Below, in pieces: positions 50,411-63,946 of a stretch of DNA of 64,000 nucleotides. Each line of letters starts with the position of its first letter. Position 1 is the stretch's first letter. The translations under genes were made by a program, and so were the position numbers. The notes beneath the pieces were generated by a model. The model was not told where the DNA came from. It made no database searches and saw nothing but the letters and a program-made list of their open reading frames with translations. The stretch lies in NCBI RefSeq assembly GCF_018350175.1, contig NC_058368.1, positions 224,008,001-224,072,000 of the forward strand. Reading direction: 5' to 3'. This stretch comes from Felis catus. Lineage: Eukaryota.

Positions 50411-50635
50411 GGGGCGCCTGGGTGGCGCAGTCGGTAAGTGCCCGACTTCAGCCAGGTCACGATCTCGCGGTCTGTGAGTTCGAGCCCCGCGTCAGGCTCT
50501 GGGCTGATGGCTCAGAGCCTGGAGCCTGTTTCCGATTCTGTGTCTCCCTCTCTCTCTGCCCCTCCCCCGTTCATGCTCTGTCTCTCTCTGTCCCAAAAAT
50601 AAATAAACGTTGAAAAAAAAAATTAAAAAAAAAAA
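50411..50635 (+). mobile_element. Young felid SINE subfamily copy
   Basis: Near-consensus; perfect TSD aaagatcatggattt at a TT/AAAG site. Confidence 0.98.
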
Positions 50636-51054
50636 AAAGATCATGGATTTGCCTTTATCACCATGAATGGGATGGTGGGATGCTGGATTACGTTAAGTTT
50701 TATAGCTATAAAGCTATCTGGAACAAGTTTGCAATGTTGCAATTCCTCCTTTTGATTCTTTGTTTTAATGGGTAACTAAGATGTTGTTTTGCTTTGATAA
50801 AATTTAGGGCTCATGTCTACTTACGTAGTGTTCTTTTTTCTTCTCTTATTTTATGTTGCCTTTTTTTAATCATAAATTTGTCTTGATAATCATTGTCAAT
50901 GGCATACTCATAGAACTTTCCACATTCGGTATCATTTATTCCTTGTCGTTCAGAATCTTTCCTACGATATAATTTGGTTCATTCACATGGATACATTTAA
51001 TCGTTTTTCATCACTTTATTTTACTTTCAATACAATCATAGTCCTAGGCTCCTA

Positions 51055-51124
51055 CTTTTTAAGTTTATTTATTTATTTTGAGAGAGGGAGAGAGAGAGAG
51101 AGAGGGCACCAACAGGGGAGAGGC

Positions 51125-51157
<33 letters not shown>

Positions 51158-51276
51158 GAGAATCCCAAGACTCTGCTCTGTTAGTGCAGAACCTGGCCCA
51201 GGCCTTGAACTCATGAATCATGAGATTAGGACCTGAGCTGAAATCAACAGTCAGATGCTTAACCGACTGAGACACC
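51055..51276 (-). mobile_element. Can-SINE, slightly 5'-truncated, with a long (~24 bp) degenerate TSD
   Basis: tacaatcatagtcctaggctccta (51031) vs tacaatcatggccctaagcttctt (51277). Confidence 0.93.
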
Positions 51277-52306
51277 TACAATCATGGCCCTAAGCTTCTT
51301 ATTAGAACTTTCATCTTTGCCATAGCATCTTCCCTTTTTAGAAATGATGAAGTAAACAGTTTTTTTTTAATTTCTAAAAACAAACAAACAAACAAAAAAC
51401 CACCATGTCAAGCACTCCAAGGAATAATGACTAAATGGCTGAAACAAAAGTGACTATAAAACATCACTAATATTTGTCAGTAGTAGTAGATGGAACTGAC
51501 AAGATTTTGTTCTGGAAGTTAGCTTGTGAACTAAATGTTTAGAAATCATGGGGCATGCCTGCCCTGTTATTAATGTTTATATCTACATTTTGCCATCTCT
51601 TTCTCCCTCCCTCCTTTTATCCATCCATCTATCCACTTACTAATTCACCTGCTTGTCTAACTGGGATGATTTATCTCACCAAATTAGGTACAAACCTGGG
51701 TTGTATTTTAGTTAATGGTCAAACTAAGGTAGCTCTGACCTCGCGTTACTTGTAACAACGTGAAGTTCATATCTTCATCTCTGTCAAAATTAGCATTCTG
51801 AGGTTCCCCTGGGGGTGTATGTCCATCAGTTCCATTTGCCTTTCCTTCTCTTTTCATGCAGTCCAAGGATGTACACTACTCCCTTATCATTTTTCACTGT
51901 CTCATGTTTGCATGCCCATGGTGCTACGTTCTTACCACTTCACAGGGCTCTCCCACTGGTGGTCTTTGTCCCTGCTCTCTAAAGGCTCCCTTCCTGTATA
52001 AGGTAGATAGTACCTCCAGGATTTCAGGGGCTCTCTCTCATGCCCTCTTTACCTGAGTGCCTGCTCACCTAGCTTTTGTTTTATATACCATCCAATTGAA
52101 ATCATCTATTTAACATTACGATATTTCATACTGATACTTTTCCCTGCCAATAATGGCCACTTTATAAATAAAGCATGAACAAGCAGATACAGAAACACAT
52201 ATATACATACATACATGCATACATACATACATACATACATACATACTTAAATGTGTGTGTAAATATATAAGCACAGGATGAATAGGCTTTTTTTGTATGA
52301 TAAGAA

Positions 52307-52312
52307 CAGTGA

Positions 52313-52357
<45 letters not shown>

Positions 52358-52474
52358 AAAAAAATTAGGACACATTTGAAAGTTAAAGGGATGCTATTAA
52401 TAATTATGCTAGTATTATGTTCAAATCAGGACTGACCCGGATGCATTGAGACAATTGAGACATATGGTCATCCT
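52307..52474 (+). mobile_element. MER94-like hAT MITE containing an expanded (TA)n
   Basis: TIR-like gtgaccatat...atatggtcat; ggacacatttgaaagttaaaggggatgctattaataatta core. Confidence 0.7.
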
Positions 52475-53037
52475 AGCCACGGATAGATACTTATTTTATA
52501 TGAGCTTAACTAATAGCCTCATAAAAAGAAAGTGTTAGTCTCCATGGGGACACAATTTATAGTATTAAATAAAAACTGCTTCAAAGTTCAAAAAATACTA
52601 GTGCTCTAGTTTTTAAGTTCAAATATTTTAAATTCCAGCCTCATAGTTAAATAATACAGGAAAAAAATGACTTTCAACATTTGTAGACAGTTTTTCTCAA
52701 AATATGTGTGATATTTCAGGACATTAATGTTTTAGTAAGTATGTTGGAAAATGGTGATGTAGCTAATCACATATAGTCTACTCTTTCCTATTTATTTAAA
52801 TTATGTCACCAACATGATTCCAAAGCAAAAAAATCCTGTATCTAGAGGCTCTGGAAAGGGGCTTCGAAGTTCATTCTGGATGTTGGCAGAATTTAATTAG
52901 AATTCAGAGTCTTGTGGTTGTATGGCTGAGCTTTGTTTTCGTAAACATGACCCCTTGCATCTTCAAGACAGCATAGCACATCAAATTCTTGTGTTCTGAT
53001 GTCTCTGTTTTCCTTTCTGCCTCTGCTTTGAAACGCT

Positions 53038-54000
53038 TGAATCAGCCAGGGTCTTCCAGAAGAACAGATTTCACATTACATTACATCACCTTATAGTACA
53101 TTATTATATTGTGTTGTTATGTTGTTATATCATATCACTATTTATATTACATATTGTATATTAATGATATTAATGATATTATATTATATTATATTATATT
53201 ATATTATATTATATTATATTATATTATTAAACAAAAGGGAAAGAGAAGAGAGAGGAATTTTAAGGAATTAGCTCACAAGGTCACATGATGATGAGGGTTG
53301 TAAGTCCCAAAACTGTATTACTGCATGGAAGGCTGGAAACTCAGTTAAAAGTTGAAGTTAGAGTCTTGGGTCTGATATGTGTAGGACAGGCCACCAAGCT
53401 GGAACCTCAGGCAGGATTTCTATATTAGAGCCTGGAGAAAGAATTGCTTCTTTTCTGAGAAACTTGCAATCGTAAAGCCTTCAACCGATGAAACAAGCCT
53501 CATCTACATTATCAAGAGTAATATCCTTTACTTAAAGTTCACCGATAATTTATATGATCCATATACTTTTATTGATTTTTCATGTGTCAAGTTTTTATTT
53601 GAATTCTAGTTAGTTAACATACAACGTAATATTATTTGCAGCAGCATTGAGTTTAGTGAGTCATCACTGACATATAACGCAAGTTATATGTCTTTTACTA
53701 ACCATCATCCTCTAGCCCATCCCCTGCCTACCTCCTCTCCAGCAGCCCTCACTTTATTCTGTATAGTTAAGAGTCTGTTATGGTTTGCTTCCCTCTCTCT
53801 CTTTTTTTCTCCCATGTTCATCTGTTTCGTTTCTTAAATTCCAGTGAGTGAAATCATATGGTATTTTTCTTGCCCTGACCCAAAGTCAACTGATTTTAGA
53901 TACTAATTACCTCTACACAATTCCTTGACAGCAACATCTAGACTACCAAACATCTGGCACCATAGACTAGCCAAGCTGACATATAAAATTAATCATCACA
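53038..54000 (-). mobile_element. MLT2B-like (ERV-L) solo LTR with (ATATT)n, split by an L1
   Basis: TG..cagccagggtcttccagaagaacaga start, ..aaaattaatcatcaCA end; 5-bp TSD acgct/aagct. Confidence 0.85.
53550..53880 (-). mobile_element. Carnivore L1 3' UTR fragment
   Basis: aattctagttagttaacatac..ttcttaaattccagtgagtgaaatcatatgg; TSD aaagttcaccgat/aaagtcaactgat. Confidence 0.88.
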
Positions 54001-55059
54001 AAGCTTATTTGACTACATTGGGACTATTCAGATAATCCAGGATCATCTCTCTGTTTCAATGCCAACTACTCAGTAATTTTAATTACATGTTCGAAGTTTC
54101 TTGTGCATGAAGCTACTTTGGAAGCCATAATTATGCTTAATAGAGTATAGTATTTAACACATGTTAAGTCCCTTTAACAAAGATCAAAACACAAATAGTA
54201 CTGAAACATAGAAGCATACTTCTTATGCACGTAAGGGTCAAGGCACAAAATAGTCAAAAGAAGTTATAATCCAGAGTATCAGGTTCCCAAATTGAAAGAT
54301 GCTTTATACGATTTAAAGTATCTTGTGATGGTGGGAAACAGCACTACGACATTTGGATAGATGAAAGGCAGAATTCTTTCGTACTTGAGGCATTAAATAG
54401 GAGGGCGGCCAGGCAAGGCCACACAGAGGGTTATATGTGGGGACAAGGTAACAGCACCCTGGAGCTGTGGGGGACAGTGTATAGATGGCACATGGAGTAG
54501 TGTTAGCTAGGTATCCAGGGATCCCTGTGGATTGGATGAATTGAATAATTTCGGTGGGTTCTGAGATATAAAGACTCCCTAGTTGTCTGGTTTCTGGCAC
54601 TAGGGCAATGAGGCAGGTGGGCCTGGAGTGTGAGAGGTCCATAAAGGAAGTAGTTGGGAGTCGGGACTTAATTGTACACTCAAGAAAGAAGACTGACCAA
54701 CGTCTGGCTCTGCCCAGAGAGTACAGTAAAAATAGGATATTAAAATTAACTATGTTAAACAAAGATTCAATGCTCTGTGTCAATTTCTTTTGTAAGATGT
54801 CTTGGTCTGTACTGCCCAAGGTGATTCAACACTGTTATCTTCCTTCCCGTAAGCAAGAAATGGACAAGGATAGAAGGGGCACAAGACTTTTTTGAGAGAC
54901 ATGTTCTACATGCAACCCACATCACTTTTCCTCGGTACATATTGAACAGATCTTAATCGCGTGTCCAGATCAAACTACAAGGGATGTTAGGAACTCATAA
55001 TCTCATGATGAATACTTTATGCACAGCTAGAAATCCTATCACTATCAAAAAAATCAGAA

Positions 55060-55500
55060 ACAGAGAAGGGGATTAATAGGCATCTCTGCTAAAGTCATTT
55101 AACAGTGGTGAATAAAGACAAGTAGGTAAATTAAAGAAATATATTTTTGTGGTAAAATCATTGGGAACTAAAAATTGATTGGATAAGGGGTAAAACAGAG
55201 TGCTTCCGGAGTCTGAGTCATGCAGCGGGATGGATGGTGGACCCACACTGAGATGGGAAACCTTGGAGAGAAACAAATCTCTTCATGAGACTTGAGACAT
55301 AGTATTCAGATAAGGAACGGCAGGAGAGAGCCTTACAAAAGAGGTTCACGAAACCCTGCCATAGGCAACTTACAAAAACCAAGAAATCCTGATGGCAGAT
55401 AATCTAAGGATTTTTTCAAATATGAAATAGAAGTCAAAGATACTGAAAATTGAAGAAGTAGAATCAAATCACGTGGAAATTACTGATGTGTTGAAATCAG
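55060..55500 (-). mobile_element. L2 fragment
   Basis: gatggatggtggacccacactgagatgggaaacc and upstream purine-rich L2-like sequence. Confidence 0.55.
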
Positions 55501-56965
55501 TGGAAAACAATGAGACTACAATGATTATTATAATCCTTTGCCCATGTAAGAAGTTTAAGCTGATTTTGAGACTAACACTGCGGCTCTGTGGCAAGCAAAC
55601 AGCTAATAAATAGTTGTTTTCATTACTGAACAGCAAACAGTCTGGGACACACTCCTGGGGGCTGATCAGAACAGATTTGAAAAGTCTCCCATTTCAATTA
55701 TTAATAAGTGTTTCAAAAAAAACTAGAGAGCCAATTTTAGATTGCCACCCTATTGTTAAGCTATGCAAATAGTAATAACAATTTTCTAAGATGCATAGAA
55801 ATGCCCTTTGGAAGTATGTTTTTCTAATGAATCAAAGGATAAAATTAGGTGAGCGATTAACTGATATCTGAAAAAAAAAATCTTCATTTTAAGTAACCTC
55901 TAAATGAATTTTAGTATTTCCTTATCTTGTAGAGGGAAATCACAGTAATGGCAGTAACTTTGACTTTGAAACTTACAGACACCACAAATATTTTCATATT
56001 AGTTATTGCATAAATTATAATATAGTGTATATGCTAATCCCTGCTTTGAGATTATGCTGTTATTATAACTGACACTATTTTTAATGCATTTATAAGGACT
56101 TATATTACCACCTGGCACCAGTATTTCAGTATAATTAGTCTCCTTTGTGACCTTTTACATTTTATTTCATAGATTTAAAGTGAATACATGCAATTTGAGG
56201 AGTCCATTCTGCAAACTGACAAAAGGATATGTGTCATGCAAAATATTCAGGATTTTTGATTTAAAGGAATCTACTGAAAAGAGCCTAATGGGCCAAGAGT
56301 GAAGCAAGGGTTTATATCTTTAAATATATAAATAACATTTTTAAACATTTTTTAAATAACATTTAAAACATTTTTAATAACATTTTTAATCATAGTATAC
56401 CTAACTATGTTTTCTTTCTTTCTTTTTTTTTTTTTTTGATAAAGGATTTGACAGAATCTATGATAGATATTTTGTGGAAAATGTAGCTTGTAAATGTTAA
56501 TTTATCTACTGACTCTGAATTCTTTATTTCTTCCAAAGTACTACTTTAAGGGTTATAATCCTCTTTCCTCCAAATTATACTGGATAGTTTCATTTCCATA
56601 GGTAACATTAAATTCCAGGAGATAGGCCCCATTTCTCACCCCATGTTTTTCCTAAGGCTGTATACATAACTTGAACGCTAACCTCTAAATTAGGTTTCTC
56701 CGAGGAGAACTGTAGTTTCCACACAGTAAAAATGTTATGAAGTGAGTTGCAAGCTATAACTAATATAAAGTACCATGTAAACTTTCAAAACTATTTCACT
56801 TTATTAGAATTCAGGCATTAAAGCATTCCCAAATAAAATATATATTAAAATGTGTGCTCCTTTCACGTTTAGAGACCAATTAAAAGTGATACATACTCAG
56901 AATTGCATTTTAAAGCTAGAAAGCTGTTAGAATTTTTGTTTTGAAGTTTATTCTGTAGCTTAGGT

Positions 56966-57180
56966 CGGTGGTTCCCAACTAGGGTGACTTTGCCCCCGCC
57001 CAAGGTGGGTTTGCAATGTCTGGGGACATTTTTGGTTGTCATGATGTGGGTGGTGTATTAGCATCTAGGAGGTAGGTGTCAGAGATACTGCTGAATATTC
57101 TATGACACACAGGAACAGCATCTTATAACAAAGCACTGTCTGGCCCCAAAATCCAATAATACTGCTATTGAGAAACTCTG
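56966..57180 (+). mobile_element. MER20 (hAT-Charlie MITE)
   Basis: cggtggttcccaactagggtgactttgccccc..gcaatgtctggggacatttttggttgtca..ttgagaaactctg. Confidence 0.9.
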
Positions 57181-57631
57181 GTTCATATGTTTGAATCAAT
57201 ATAATGATGGAAAAGTCAGTTAGAAAAGTCCCAATGAATTCACATACATTCCTTTCTACGGCATTTCTACGACCCCTGCTAATATCGCTTAATTGTTTTC
57301 TTTCTTAATGTCGAAAGAGCATTTAAATATGTGAACGTGCTTATGTGTCTCCCCTAAAGATAGGTTTTCATCCATCATTTGTTCCTTCCAATTACCACCC
57401 TATGCCATACCCATCATAGTCTTAAGACAGCCTCAAACCCCACTGTCTCTATTCTGAGGTCCCTTTTATTCCCGGAATTCCAAATTGTCTATAATTCTAG
57501 ATTGAGCCTCAACATTCCAATGAAATTTATTTTGCTGATGTTAGTGAGCTTCTATTACTAAACTGAGGGTCATTTTTCAATATCTTTTCTTACTTAACCA
57601 CTTAGCACATTAGCACACTGGCTCCCCCCCT

Positions 57632-57642
57632 ACACACACACA

Positions 57643-57690
<48 letters not shown>
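57632..57690. repeat. (CA)n microsatellite
   Basis: Direct reading. Confidence 0.97.
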
Positions 57691-57693
<3 letters not shown>

Positions 57694-57859
57694 TTTGTAC
57701 TGAAACATTTTCAAGTATTTTCTTATTTGCCATTCATGGTACAACACCCCATGCCCTTTCTCACTCAGCAAACACAGCATTGACTTTTACAGAAGTTAGA
57801 CTGATGCCTCTACTTTTCATCTGCCTTCAGCTATAGTAGATATCACGTGCTCTGGTGAC

Positions 57860-58881
57860 TTTACATATCATCTCCAGAAGAAGGATTCCCAAATCCTATC
57901 TCTAGTTTTCTTTGCTGTCCTAAGAAACAGACCTAATTATTCAATTACCTACCTGATACTGTAATATAAATGTCTCACAATGTACAAGTCCACAGGGGGA
58001 CCCTTGATTTTTTATCCCAAACGTACACTTCTGCCTGTGTTATCTGTATTCATAAATGACATTATTATCTGATCAATGATTTGAAGCAAACATCTGAGAG
58101 TTTATATTGAAAGGTGCTCAATTTGTATCTCTCTCAACCTCATATCTAATCAAGTCCTACCAATAAGACTTCTTTAATAACAGTCTCTCAGCTCTGTGTA
58201 ATTCCCTGCATTGCCCTCTGCCATTATTCTGTAGTTGCCTCTATATATTCATTGTTTAGTCTAGAGTTCTGCAAAATCATCTGAGTGTTCTCTGTGCCTC
58301 CTCTCTGCTTAAAAATGTTAATTGTCCTCCATCTGTCTCATAGTAAGTGTTTGACCCTGGTTTACAAAGCCCCACCTAATATAGCCCCTGACAGCCTTAG
58401 TGGCTCAGCTCTCACTGCCCTCCCACCTCTCTCTACAGTTATGGATTTCCTAACTAAGGAACCAACCCATTGCCAAGTAACAGACATGAATCTATTGCCT
58501 TGAAATATTACCATCCTCCATTGCCTCGCTAATTTTAACTAATTCTTTTTTTTAAGTTTATTTATTTTGAGAGAGAGAGAAAACATGAGTGGGGAAGGAC
58601 AAAGAAAGAGAGAGAAGGAGGAGGAGGAGAAGGAGGAAGAGGAGGAGAGAGAGAGAGAGAGAGAGAGAGAATCCCAAGCAAGCTCCACACTGTCAGCGTG
58701 ACACTGACTCGGGGCTGGAACCCATGAACCCCCAGATCATGACCTGAGCTGAGGTTAGAGGCTCAACCACCTGAGCCACCCAGGTGCCCCTCAACTCATT
58801 CTTTAAGCCCCAACATAAACTGTCCCAGAAAAGATATTCAATTCCTGACACCTTAAATCTAACTTAACTGTCCTTTTGCTC

Positions 58882-58942
<61 letters not shown>

Positions 58943-59100
58943 ACACCCTCTGTTTCTCCTGTCTTATTTTTCATCATATTGTTTTATAAGTACCCATGTG
59001 TCCGTTTACATCAAACACCAGCTTAGAATAGTTGGAACCATATGTGAATATCCATGATTTTGTCTTCAGAATCTAATACACTCTGTCTCCCCCAAAATGA
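57860..59100 (+). mobile_element. L2 fragments, interrupted by a SINE and (TA)n
   Basis: cctaattattcaattacctacctgatac..catatctaatcaagtcc..ctctgcttaaaaatg..acaaagccccacctaatatagcccctgac. Confidence 0.65.
58546..58790 (-). mobile_element. Can-SINE
   Basis: Degenerate TSD taactaattcttt/caactcattcttt. Confidence 0.94.
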
Positions 59101-59351
59101 ATCCTCGGAATCGAGTTTGATTTCATTCTTTTGATGAAACTTCTCTCACATTGTTTCTACCCAAATTAATACTACTTTCATCTGGATTCACAGCACTAAT
59201 GATCTTTTTCTACATGTGTTCCAACCTACTTAGGCTGTTCTTTTGTTCTTTGAGCACTTATGTGAAGTAAAACATATAGGGGAAAGTCTTACCACTTTAT
59301 AATTGTTCATAAAAATATATGTGTGTTTCCCCCAGGTATAGCCTCCAAAGG

Positions 59352-59399
<48 letters not shown>

Positions 59400-59979
59400 T
59401 TGCTTTGTGAGAATATTAAAGAAATAAAATTAATCCCCTAGCTGTCTGATCAAAAGGATGCCTGGTGGAGTAAATTCAGAAATTATTGTTTGTAGTAATG
59501 AATTAGTTCTCCAACCTTCATAAGATTTCTAAACCATATTAATTTTTAAGTGAATTTTAGGATTTTGCTTCTATAAATGATAGAGCTTATCTATTAAAAT
59601 AAGGGACATATAGAAAGGTGAGGGAAATGTTGAGACTTTGGAATGATTATGGTAGGAGGAGGGGAAAAAACAGCTTAGCTGTTAGCATGAATAGAGAAAT
59701 GAGGCCAATGATATTACAGTTTCAGCAGATGCAGAGATCTATAATATATTGAATTATCATTTTCCTGACTAGGAAAATTTAACTGCGTGGTGCAAAATTA
59801 AAGTCAGTCTGACAACTACAGTCACACCATTGCCAAATTGCATAAAAATAAACAAGGTATTTGAATTTCACACACAAGGATAACACAACTATTTGTATAA
59901 CACGCTTTTAAAATATCTGTGTTTTTATATATCACATGTAGTAAATGGAACAAATTGTAGGCATGGAGCATAATTACTT

Positions 59980-61328
59980 TTTAAATAAACATTTTTGTTT
60001 CAGAACCTTTAAACATTTTTCTCAAAGATCAGCAAGGTAGTCTAGCATTTCTATATATCACACACCCAGTTTCTCCTACCATCATCTAACACTAGTTAAT
60101 CTGGCATATTTGTCACAATTGATGAACCAATAGTGATAACTTGTTATTAGGTATCATCTTGTTAAAGCCCAGACTTTATTCAGATATCTTCAGTTCTGCT
60201 CTGGGATTCCATCCGGGACTTCATATTCCATTTAGTTGTCATTCCTTCTAGGCTCTTCTTGGTTGTGACAGTTTCTCAGACTCTCCCTATTTTTAATGAC
60301 CTTGACAATTTTGAGTAATGATAAGGTATTTTATAGAATGTTTCTTGGGAGTTTTTGGATGTTTGTCTCATGAGTAGACTGGGAATGTAGCTTTGGGAAG
60401 GGAAAACCACCGGGGTAAAGGGTCATTTTCATCACATCATAGTATCAACATGATTTTCACTGTTGATGTAGCTTTGGTTACTTGACCGAGGTGTTCTTAC
60501 CAGATTTTTCAGTTATAAAATTATTTTGTTACTCCCCTGCTTCTACTTTACTTTGTAGAAGGAAGTTGGTGCACGTAGCCGACGCTAAGAGTGGGGAGCT
60601 TAGCTCCATTTTGAGTCTGTAGCGTCAAGATAAATCATTTAGAATTCTGCACAAGAATTTTGTCTCTATTCCCTATTTAGTTATTTACTTAATGATGTAT
60701 GTATATCAATACAGACCTATGAACATTTATTATATACCTTGAGTGTATTCACTTTGCTACACTTTTTAGTATAGAACATTTTTTGTCTGCTCTTTGGAAT
60801 GCTTGTACATTACAATCATGGAATCAACAATAAAGAATGTGTTTTTTTAATCAGCATGTATTTATCTCCATTTCTTATTTTATTACCCTACATAAAACTT
60901 CCAGTACAATGCTGAATAGGAGTGGTTGGAGAGAGCACATCTTTTATTTATTCCTCACTTATGGGGAAGCCCTCCAGTCCTTTACCGTTAAACATGATTT
61001 TAGCTGTGTATTTTTTTTGTTGATGTTCTTCAGCAAGTTAAGGAAATTCCCATCTATTCCTAGTTTTAATTATGAATAAGAATTAGATTTTGTGATTTTT
61101 GTGTCTCTGCTAATAAGAAATATTTACTTGTAATATTCCTCTCTTATAATACCTTTATCTTGATCTTCATATCTTGTAATATCTTTAAGAGGGTAACACT
61201 TAAATTAGACCAAATTAGTGTTCATCTTGCTTCTGCTTTTTGGAAGAGATTGAAAAGAATTCTTCAATTGTTTGTTCTTTACTGTTTGGTGAAATTCACC
61301 AGTGAATTTATATACATCCAGATTGTTT

Positions 61329-61375
<47 letters not shown>

Positions 61376-62435
61376 ATTTAGTATTAATCCAAAGTCTATA
61401 TTAGAAAAGAATATATTTAGATTATCAATTTATCCCAGTATGAGTATGAGTTTTGGTGCCTGTCTTTAAAAGATTGTTTTGTTTTTGTTTTTTTTCTAAA
61501 TTATCAAATTCCAGGGCATAAATTTGTTGATAGTGTTAATATATTACCATTTTGATATTTATAGTTAATCAAAATGATGATCCCTTTTTCATTTATGAAA
61601 CTGGTACTTTGTGTCTCCTCCCTCATTTCTTATTTGGTCAGGCTAAATGTTTATCAATATTACTGACTTTTTCAAAAAGTAGCTTTGGGGCTTTGGGTGG
61701 CTCAGTCAGTTAGGCACCTGCCATTGTCAGGCTATGATCTTCAGGTCTGTGGATAGCTTGGAGCCTGGAGCCTGCTTCAGATTCTCTCTCTCCCTGTCTC
61801 TCTGCCCCTCCTCCACTGACTCTCTCTCTCTCTCACTCTCTCTCTCTGTCTCTCTCAAAAATAAATTAACATTAAAAAAAAAAGAAGTAGCTTTTGGTTG
61901 CTGATTTCCTCTATTGTTTTCTGTGTTGAATTTCATTGTTTCTGCTCTAATTTTTATGATTTATTTTCTCTTATTTACTTTAGGCTTACATTGCTTATCT
62001 TTTCCAAGTTTTCTGAAATGGAAGTTTGAATTCTTGATTTTAGTTGCTTCTATTTGTTAATATATGCATTTGATGCTTTAATTTTTTCTAAGCTTTAAAA
62101 ATTTTCTGTTTTTGTCGCATCCCACAAATTTGTATACATCATCTTTTTTAAATTTCTCAAGACTTTTCCTTTGACAACTATATTATGTGCTATACTCGTA
62201 TGTTACATGCTAGATGAGTGCTGGTGATTTTACAGCAATATTTCTGTTATTGGTTTCTAAAATCAGTACACTACCGTCTGGATATACCTTTTTATGATTT
62301 TTATTCTTTTACATTTGTTATGTCTAGTGACGGCTCAGAATATGGTCTACCTTGTTGAGTGTTCCATATGTGCTTGAGAAGAATGTATATTTTGCTCTTT
62401 TTGGATGGAATATTCTACAGATGGCAATTATATAA
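59980..62435 (-). mobile_element. Old L1 (L1MC3/L1MD-like 3' UTR plus ORF2 fragments)
   Basis: tgtcacaattgatgaaccaata..ttggttgtgacagtttctcagactc; ccagtacaatgctgaataggagtgg; tgtgcttgagaagaatgtatatttt. Confidence 0.85.
61687..61883 (+). mobile_element. Can-SINE with an internal deletion
   Basis: TSD aagtagcttt; inserted within the L1. Confidence 0.92.
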
Positions 62436-63218
62436 AGTCATAGTGGTTTTAGAAACTGTCCATACATCAGCCTAAACCTTTACATTAGATCATGACTTAT
62501 TCTTATGATGAATAGAAAATACGCATACAATTTCAAGTTCTTTAATCTTGGAGAATTTTTCTATTCCATTGTCCTCCAGTGCCTTCCCAGGCTGAAGCTG
62601 AAAAAGATGTAACAGGTCACTGCCAGCTTGGACTGCATCTTACAGATTCAAATGTAAATTAACTTCCACATTAAGTAAGTGGATTGTAGGAGAATGTAGA
62701 TGCTGATTAAGAGAGAAGAGATGTCTTAGAGTAAGTGTACAGAGTAAGTGTACTGAGAGACTAAGCAAAGTATTCATGCAACTCACATCTCCAGGAGTTG
62801 GTTTGGCATATCGCCACCTATGCTTGATTTGTAAACAATGGTTGAATCTGATTTTTGTGCTAAGTACATGAGATAGTGTCTGTTTCATGACAGACAACCC
62901 AGATCACATAGCTACCTTTTCCCGAGTGCTTACATATTCATTCTTCACTTAATCTAGCCATCCATGAGCTATGTGTCAAAAGAAGAATAATTACTTTCTA
63001 GAGAGCATAGCTTCAGAATAAAATCTCAGGGGACTGTTTTTATGAGTCTTGTGTTAGGGCTTACCACAGGATCTGCACATATCCTATTCTGCCTAAGACA
63101 TCCTATGCAACGTTGGATCTACTAAATCAGACAATGGAAAGTTGAAGCTGAATGCATTTCCAGTTTAAATAAAGAAACTTCTCTACTTCCAAACCCTATC
63201 AAGTCTCAAAACTCTTCT

Positions 63219-63422
63219 TTTTTTAAAGTTTATTTATTTTCAGAGACACATAGACAGTGTGAGTGGAGGAGGGGCAGAAAGAGAGGGAGAGAGAGAGAAT
63301 CCCAGACTCTGCACTGCCAGCACAGAGCCCAATGTGGGTCACAAACCCACCAGATTGCAAGATCATGACCTGAGGCAAAACCAGGAGTCAGACACTTAAC
63401 CGACTGAACTACCAGACGTTCC
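63219..63422 (-). mobile_element. Can-SINE
   Basis: 15-bp TSD tctcaaaactcttct. Confidence 0.95.
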
Positions 63423-63604
63423 AACTCTCAAAACTCTTCTAATCATTCGTTAAATTTATAAGAGCAGCATATCTAATTGTGTATATGTTATTTCCAAAAT
63501 CTCAAGTCTTTGTAAGCACTGCATTTCTAATTTAATGGCAGGGGGCCCAAAGTTTAGAAAAGCATATTACTTAAAGCATTGCAATTTACTGAATATAATA
63601 TATT

Positions 63605-63942
63605 TAAAAACACTGTTTCTTTTAGAGCTGACTTAAGTTTACAGCAAACCAGAGAGGACGGTGCAGAGATTTCCAATATATTCTATAGCTTCATAGACTC
63701 TACCATTATCGACACCTTTCTCGTTCCCTTGCCTAGAGTGGTACATTGGTTACAACTGATGAACTTATAAAGGCATGTGATCATCTCCCAAAGTCCATAG
63801 TTCACATAGGGTTCACTCTTGGTGTGATATATTCTGTGGGTTTGGACAGATGTATAATGACATTTGTCCATCATTTTATCACCACGCAGAGCATTTTCAC
63901 TGCCCTAAGTGCCCTCTTTGCCTCACCTATTCATCTCCCACC
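63605..63942 (-). mobile_element. L1MC1/2-like 3' end
   Basis: agagtggtacattggttacaactgatgaac..caaagtccatagttcacatagggttcactcttggtg. Confidence 0.82.
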
Positions 63943-63946
63943 TCAA

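Larger units (their letters stand above)
52840..54140 (-). mobile_element. MLT1D/E-like LTR split by MLT2 (pieces 52840-53037 and 54001-54140)
   Basis: ttggcagaatt..cttgtggttgtatggctgag.. and cagataatccaggatcatctc. Confidence 0.7.

Noticed and set aside
19773..50613. Repeated peptide ..RLQPGHDL..EFEPRVRLWADG.EPGACFRFCVSLSLCPSPVHALSLSVPKINKR in three ORFs, resembling a gene family
   Set aside because: It is the conceptual translation of the young SINE consensus, not a gene.
54313..54819. Longest ORF in the window (168 aa, minus strand)
   Set aside because: Non-ATG start, no recognisable domain, and it overlaps what looks like decayed L2/MaLR sequence; consistent with chance.
56328..56390. 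Repeated aataacattttt units as a possible CRISPR-like array
   Set aside because: Simple AT-rich slippage repeat with no unique spacers; eukaryotic context.
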